Below, piece after piece: positions 58,271 to 64,000 of a DNA stretch of 64,000 bases. Where the stretch lies: positions 992,001 to 1,056,000 of the forward strand of contig NW_027117340.1 in NCBI RefSeq assembly GCF_038025025.1, given 5' to 3'. Position numbers and translations under genes: made by a program. The stretch's first letter is position 1, and every line of letters begins with the position of its first letter. Under the pieces are notes generated by a model that was not told the DNA's origin, made no database searches, and saw only the letters and a program-made list of their open reading frames with translations. Source of the stretch: Phyllosticta citribraziliensis. Lineage: Eukaryota.

Positions 58271-58942
58271 CTACTCAGCCTCCTGCTCACGCTTGATAGC
58301 CTTATCTCCCTCCTTCTTGCCTTTGTCGTTTCTGTCTCGCTTGCGCTTGCTGCTGTTGGGCGGCATCAACGTCTTGCAAATGAGGACGTAGATGTCGTCC
58401 GCTTCTCCAAGCTTGATGTCCTCCAAAATCTGGCACAGCTGCATTGCAGATTCACCGGGCTGAGAGTCGAGGGTGCTCATGGCGTAGCTGCAAAAGTCGA
58501 TACCGGTCCTGGCAGGCGTAGCACTGAATGCGTATGATGGCTGATTGCCCGAGCCGACCCAAAGATGTAGGACCATGGCAAGCAGCTCCCTGCTCTTGCC
58601 CTCAAACATGGCCACTTTTCCCTCCAGATCCTTGGATTCTTGGCTCTCCTCCGCGATATCCTCAGAGACGGTGTCCTTCTGCATGATCTCAAGTTTGTCG
58701 AGAATGTTCTCCAAGAGTTCTGCATGGGCAGCCTGATTGGCAGCTAGGGTGGTCTGCTTAGCAGCTATGACGGCCAGGTTGTTCTGCGTCATGCGCTCGG
58801 TGGAAGACAGGCTGAATAGATGATTTGCCTTCTGCCACTCAGTGTCTCCCTCCTGTGGAACCGGCACGTTGATCGTGTCCGCAGCCATCAGCGAACGAGA
58901 GGAGGGCTCGCTACGACGTGACTCTTGTTTGGTACGAGCCAT
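58271..58942 (-). CDS. Hypothetical protein (223 aa) with an H3-like N-terminus, coiled coil and basic NLS-like tail
   Basis: ORF starts MARTKQESRRS, has a heptad-like segment (AHAELLENILDKLEIM) and ends with KRKRDRNDKGKK. A probable 5'-UTR intron lies upstream. Confidence 0.7.
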   Translation of the reverse strand: MARTKQESRRSEPSSRSLMAADTINVPVPQEGDTEWQKANHLFSLSSTERMTQNNLAVIAAKQTTLAANQAAHAELLENILDKLEIMQKDTVSEDIAEESQESKDLEGKVAMFEGKSRELLAMVLHLWVGSGNQPSYAFSATPARTGIDFCSYAMSTLDSQPGESAMQLCQILEDIKLGEADDIYVLICKTLMPPNSSKRKRDRNDKGKKEGDKAIKREQEAE

Positions 58943-59704
58943 CTGAGTGTGTGCTGGTGCGCGTAATGGTGTGGTAGCCGCCTCGCTGGAAGAAGTCTTC
59001 TTGGCTCTGGTTCCTTAGAAGAGCGTCAGCAGGAGCTTTGATCATGCCATGAGAGGGGAATGGAAGTACCTTGGAGATGCTGGACTATAGGCTGTGAAGG
59101 GATGACGGTCGAGGAGCTAGGACGAGCAAGCGGATCTCAGTACCGATGAAAGGCTCTCCAGGCTCTTCAGGCTGTGACAGCACTGCCTGACAAGCTCTTC
59201 GAGTCGAAGTGTTTGGCGAGAGTAGTGATTGGAGATGCTGGCGGAGGACTTAAGAAGCGACCCGACGAGGTGTTGCCAGCAGGTACTGGCAAAAGGCCGG
59301 AGTCCCAATGGTTGTAGACGTGTAGTCGACAATATCTCTTGTTGCAGATCACGACCCGACGCGTCGCGTTGCTCTTCCGTTCTACCTTTTGACACACAGA
59401 CTCACTCCGCAACACCAACACTGACGTTTACACCCACTGATTCCCCTCACCTCCACTCTTTGGTGTTGGCAGGGCTTTAGCTTCTCAACCGACAGTGCTC
59501 TCCACACCAAGCCTTTTCCTGCCGAGTCCCTGACCATCTACGGCTTTCACCTCACCAAAGCACCTGCTCCTCACCATCCACTCTCAACGCCTTCTGCCTG
59601 TACCGCCTGGCACCTCCCCGGCAGTCTATCCTGACAACTTGTTTTTCCCCAGCGGGTCATCAGCTTCACTCAGCAAAATAATTCGGTCCACCCACTCGCC
59701 CAAC

Positions 59705-60238
59705 ATGCTCCCGCACGGACGCGCCGGCCCCACGCTGGGCCAACAGCCAGCAAGGATCGCAAACATGACCGACGAAGAAGTCGAGCCGCTCAGGCAAGAA
59801 ATTTTCAGAATGGAGGAAGAGGCTCGAGCAGAAACCCAGGCGCGCCAGGACCACGTCCTAGACCTTTACCTCGACTTTCTCAGATCCGACACGCTGAAAG
59901 CAGAGCACCAAAACAGCTCCAAGGACGTCATCATGCAGGCTGCTTTCCCAGCCGACACCCAAAAGATGACTGAGCTATTCTGCGCCTTCTTTTCGTTCTC
60001 GTTCGCGCAAGCAATGAAAAGTGGCGACCGCTTGGATGAGCAGACTTTGGTCGAGTACCGCGACGATTTGCTGCAAATCCGTCTCGAGCGCAATGAAACA
60101 TTGCCTTCGCGCAAGCTCTTCAATCGCATGACTGAGACGATCGAGCAACTTCAGATGGAGGATGGAAACACCGGCGACTCTGAGGAGCGCCAGGAAGGGA
60201 AGGGGAAGATCCAAACAACGCTTCCCGTTGAGGACTGA
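59705..60238 (+). CDS. Hypothetical helical protein, possibly the isolated N-terminal domain of a fungal tyrosine recombinase
   Basis: ORF with QDHVLDLYLDFLRSD...AFPAD...FCAFFSFSF...TLVEYRDDL...LFNRMTETI. The family resemblance is from memory only. Confidence 0.6.
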   Translation: MLPHGRAGPTLGQQPARIANMTDEEVEPLRQEIFRMEEEARAETQARQDHVLDLYLDFLRSDTLKAEHQNSSKDVIMQAAFPADTQKMTELFCAFFSFSFAQAMKSGDRLDEQTLVEYRDDLLQIRLERNETLPSRKLFNRMTETIEQLQMEDGNTGDSEERQEGKGKIQTTLPVED

Positions 60239-60967
60239 GAAGCAGTTTTCCATGCTGGTCACCACAAAGGCAGCAAACCACTCTTCGCCCACCAGGCCCG
60301 TAGCCACAATTCCGTCAATAACCCCGGATCTACCGCATCCTCGTGTGACGGTAGCTCCAGCTTAATCAACTTTCGCCTCATCTTCGAAGCCCGGTGCGGC
60401 ACTCAACGTCCACAGCACATCCACTCGCCAGCATTTCGAACGAGCAAATCCAATCGAGAAGTCCGGCCAGCGCCCAGGATGTTTATGTTCCGTCCAACTC
60501 CGATTTCTTCAGCCACTATTTGCCACACGTCTTGCTTTGCCGCATGGTCGATACCGTACGATTGATTTTGCTTCCTTTTCTTGCTTCTGCCTTCGTTCAC
60601 CATTCCCGGCGGATTCCATACGGATAAATCACTTTGCCGGCATGGTCGGTCCGTTCACTTTATGGAATTTAGCAGGTGGCACAGGCGGACTGGGCAGTGC
60701 GGTTGCTTTGGCGGTAATCCACAGCGTCGGTGATACATAGCATTCGGTTGTGATGTAGCCAGCGTCCCTGTGGCCAAGGGTGAGAGACACATGGTAAAAA
60801 CGGAATGACAGACAGAGCATTTGCAGATAGAAGAAAGGACTTTAGCTTTTCCCCAGCCCCATTGACGCCGTGACAGTCGTGGTCTACGATATAGCCAAAA
60901 CCGTGTGCTTTTCAACCCTACATGCAGAAACCCCCCTTTTTTGCGACCAACCCCTTGCATACTCCAA

Positions 60968-62907
60968 TTACTTCTTTCCCCCGCTCTTCTTCCACGCCGT
61001 CCCCCGCTTGCTACTCCGTGACGCCGGCTTGCCACCCTTCTTGCCGCTCGCACCCTTCTTCGCGCCTCCCAGCTTCAACCCCGACTTGCCTCCCTTGGAG
61101 CTGGCGCGGTACCCCTCAAACACAAACGCCTCAGGGGCCTTGAAGCCGCCGGGCCCAGTGGTTGCTGCCGCAGGCTTGCCGCCAGCCTTGCCGTCCTTCA
61201 TCTCGACGGCGTTGGCTCCAGTGCCAAAGTCGGGCTTCTTGAGCTTTGCGGCGCCGGCCTTGCCCAGCAGCTTGGCCGCGCGGCCCTGCAGCGACTTTTC
61301 CTCGGCGCTGAGCTTGGGGTTGTAGATGCGGGACGAGCCGCCGCCGACGGCCGGGCGAGTCGACGCGCCTGTGGCCTGCTGCCGCTGCTGGTTGCGCTTG
61401 AAGGGTTTGGCACGCGTCACGCGCAGCTTGCGGGGGAGCATGGGCGGGAACTTTTTGTCGTTGAAGAGCAGCGCGGCTTCGACGCCGTTTTCGTCCTGGA
61501 CCATGTCAGTTTGTGTACAACTGGGAAATCACAGCTGAAGGTAGCTTTGACTTACCGTGAACTGTACGTATGCGAAACCCTTGCCGACTCTCGTTTTGGG
61601 GTCGCGCACGACGCGGACACTTTCGACGGTGCCGCATTTTCCAAATTCGCGCCACAGGCCCTCCTCGACGTCGCTCGGCTCCTTCTTCTTGGGAGGCGCC
61701 TTCTTGAACCGCTCGGCCTCGGCCTGCTGGATCCCGCTCTCGTCGTCGACAAATCCTAGATTGCCGACGAAGACGCAGCGCTTGTGGTCAGCCTTGGCCG
61801 GATGCGCGACAGAGTCGACGCGAATGTGCCGCTCGAGGACGACGGTGCCATTGAGGCGGCGTATGGCTTCGCGAGCCGCAAGTAGAGTCGAGTAAACGAC
61901 GTAGGCGTTGGTGCTGTGCGCAGTTGCGTCCATGATATCCTTGGTAACGTAGGCGGCCTTTTTGGGCAGACTCGCCGTAAAGGGCGTCGAGCGGAAGCGG
62001 TGCGACTCCAGCTTGTGGGCAGGCTTTTCTTTAGGGAGTTCGGATAGGAAGGACGACATGTGCTTGGTGAAGATTTTCTGCGCAGATTTATCTTTGATGG
62101 CCGCAGTCGACACGTTGCCAACGAAGACTGTCCGCGCTGCCTTGTCGAGCTCTGCATTCTCTCCCGTGGGCTTCGTGGAGGACTTGGACTCGTGCGCGGG
62201 GACCTCGGCGTCGGAGTCAGCGTCTGCCTCGGACGCGTCGCTTGCATCCTCCATCTCTGAATCTTCATCTCCCTCCTCTGAGGAGCCATCGTCCTCGTCG
62301 GAGTCATCCGACTTCTCGGCGGCCTGCCCGTCCTCCTTTTTCAGACGCTTCTTGCTCCTCTCGCTTTCCCGCTTTGCTGTCTCCTTGGCTTCTTCCTTTG
62401 CGAGCTTGCGCATGTACTGACCCTCGAGATCATCGTCTTCTGCCTTGCGTTTCCGCTTGCGCTCAGGCTTGTCTTGGCCGTTGGTCAGAGATTCGTGCAC
62501 CGGAATTTCCACCTCCTCGGAATCTTCTTCGGACGGTTTCTGCTTCTTGTCTGAGACATCATCATCTGAATCCTCGTTTTCGTCGTCGTCGTCGTCGTCG
62601 GGCAATTCCTCGTCGATACTCGACAAGTCCTCGTCGTCAACTTCCTCCGCGTCGTCGGACTCGTCCTTGGCTTCCTCCTCCTCCTTTCTCTTCAACTCTT
62701 GATACACTTCTTTCGGCAGAGGCTTCGCAGGTCCAACCTGAATGACGTGTTAGGAGATTGGCATGCAAATGCAGGGATTCTACCCACGGGTTTTGCGAAC
62801 AAAGATGCCAGGCCAGGATCAATGGATTTTGTGTCGGCCACCAGCTTCAGGGCTCGAGCATCCTTCTGGGAGACGGCTGCATTCTTCTTGGACTTGTCCT
62901 TGGCCAT
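60968..62907 (-). CDS. NOP12: Nucleolar RRM protein Nop12
   Basis: IDPGLASLF|, acidic tracts, IPVHES, RTVFVGNV, SHRFRS, NAYVVY, HIRVD, CVFVGNL, VESVRVVRD and GKGFAYVQF|. Two introns. Confidence 0.94.
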
Positions 62908-63730
62908 TGTGCCAGTGTGCGTGGGTGTAGGAAATTTGGGTAGGGCAAGCGCAGAGCAGAGCATGCAGAGAAACGCGCGCATCCAGAAAAAGCGTCGGCG
63001 TCAGGGCTCCCAAACGCCGACCGGGACCCGGCGAGCTCACGCGGAGGGGCCACTGGCCGGGGTTTTCCCGCCTCTGGCCATGGCAATCATCAGGGCCATT
63101 TGAGGTCACTCCTACACCCGCACCACCAGCCAGCGCGCCCGAAGCTGATGCCTCTTTCTCCCTCGTCACCTCTATTCTTCCGCTTCGAGCATCTCGCGCG
63201 AAGTCCGTTTCGACACGCCCAAGACCCTTCCCTGGCGAGCCTTGCTCCTGGTCCTCTCTACGCGCACTCGCTCCACACGCAATCCCGCCAATTTTGACGA
63301 CGCGAAGCTCCCAACGCCCTATACGCATTTCAGAACACTTGCTGGATCTCGTGGGACCATCGTACCGGCAGCGCACCATGAGCGCGCCCTTTCGGAGCAG
63401 CAGAAGCCGGTCCAAAGAGGCCGGCGCACACGCACCCGGTGGTGAGTCGAGACCTGAGCCTCAGACCTCGATACGCTTGCTTCTGCTCTCGATTCAAGCC
63501 TTCTCCATGGCTTTCATGTCACGGTGGATGGCTGAACGTGGACGTGTTGGCCGAGTAGCTCCAAGCGCCGCCTTTTTTGCACCCACCGCATCCCACGTCA
63601 CAAGGAAACCACAAGAACAGCCGCTAATACATGATCGCTCGTAGAATCCGACATCACACACCCCACGGCATCGCCTTCCAAAGCCCCTACTCCAGAACCT
63701 CTCGAGTCCTCTCCCGAGCCCGACACCGTG

Positions 63731-64000
63731 TTACCGCCCCAGTCTCGCGACGAACCCCACCCCGACAACTCCACGGTCGCAAATGATAGCTCCGCCGTCC
63801 CGACTCAGACGTTCGTCCCTACATTCGGTGAGAGGCTGGACGATACGCCAGACTTGGGCAGAGATACTAGGAACGACCATTATGACAATTTTCTGGGAGA
63901 CGAGGGCTCCAGCAGCCTCAGTGAACCAGAAGAGAGTGTTGAAGGTCGTGAAGACGAAATTCACAGAGCCAACGAAGCTTCGCCGGACGCTGAGGAGAAC
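63731..64000 (-). CDS. Possible 3' end of a gene entering from beyond the window
   Basis: The frame is open from the window edge to the stop at 63731 and includes a hydrophobic stretch (NFVFTTFNTLFWF). No family recognised. Confidence 0.3.
   Translation of the reverse strand, partial: VLLSVRRSFVGSVNFVFTTFNTLFWFTEAAGALVSQKIVIMVVPSISAQVWRIVQPLTECRDERLSRDGGAIICDRGVVGVGFVARLGR

Overview
Eukaryotic DNA from a filamentous ascomycete (Pezizomycotina): about 55% GC, short GT-AG introns with CTRAY branch sites. From 1 to 41 kb and 55 to 64 kb it holds mostly conserved genes: a DUF1776-like gene (truncated), WSS1, YTH1, a GH18 chitinase, VPS53, a small secreted Cys-containing protein, an intron-containing tRNA-Arg(UCU), three C2H2 zinc-finger genes, SPC2, EMC3, PPE1, UTP23, a DUF726/MIL1-like gene, a secreted alpha/beta-hydrolase, CYS3 and NOP12. 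The most unusual part is 41.8-54.9 kb, a tandem array of about nine minus-strand orphan genes that the ORF track splits into fragments. All nine have a phase-2 first intron. Most share a basic N-terminal helix, several of which resemble the histone H3 tail, followed by a Ser/acidic disordered middle and one of three C-terminal motifs. Four copies share an upstream GAAGTGAA motif. One pair is joined by a TGATG stop/start overlap, and a 376-bp Mutator-type MITE with a 9-bp TSD sits inside the array. Nearby are an orphan gene starting MARTKQ and a possible tyrosine-recombinase N-terminal remnant. A probable spliced non-coding (snoRNA-host-like) locus lies at 2.9-3.85 kb. All family assignments come from motif recognition by eye; no searches were run.
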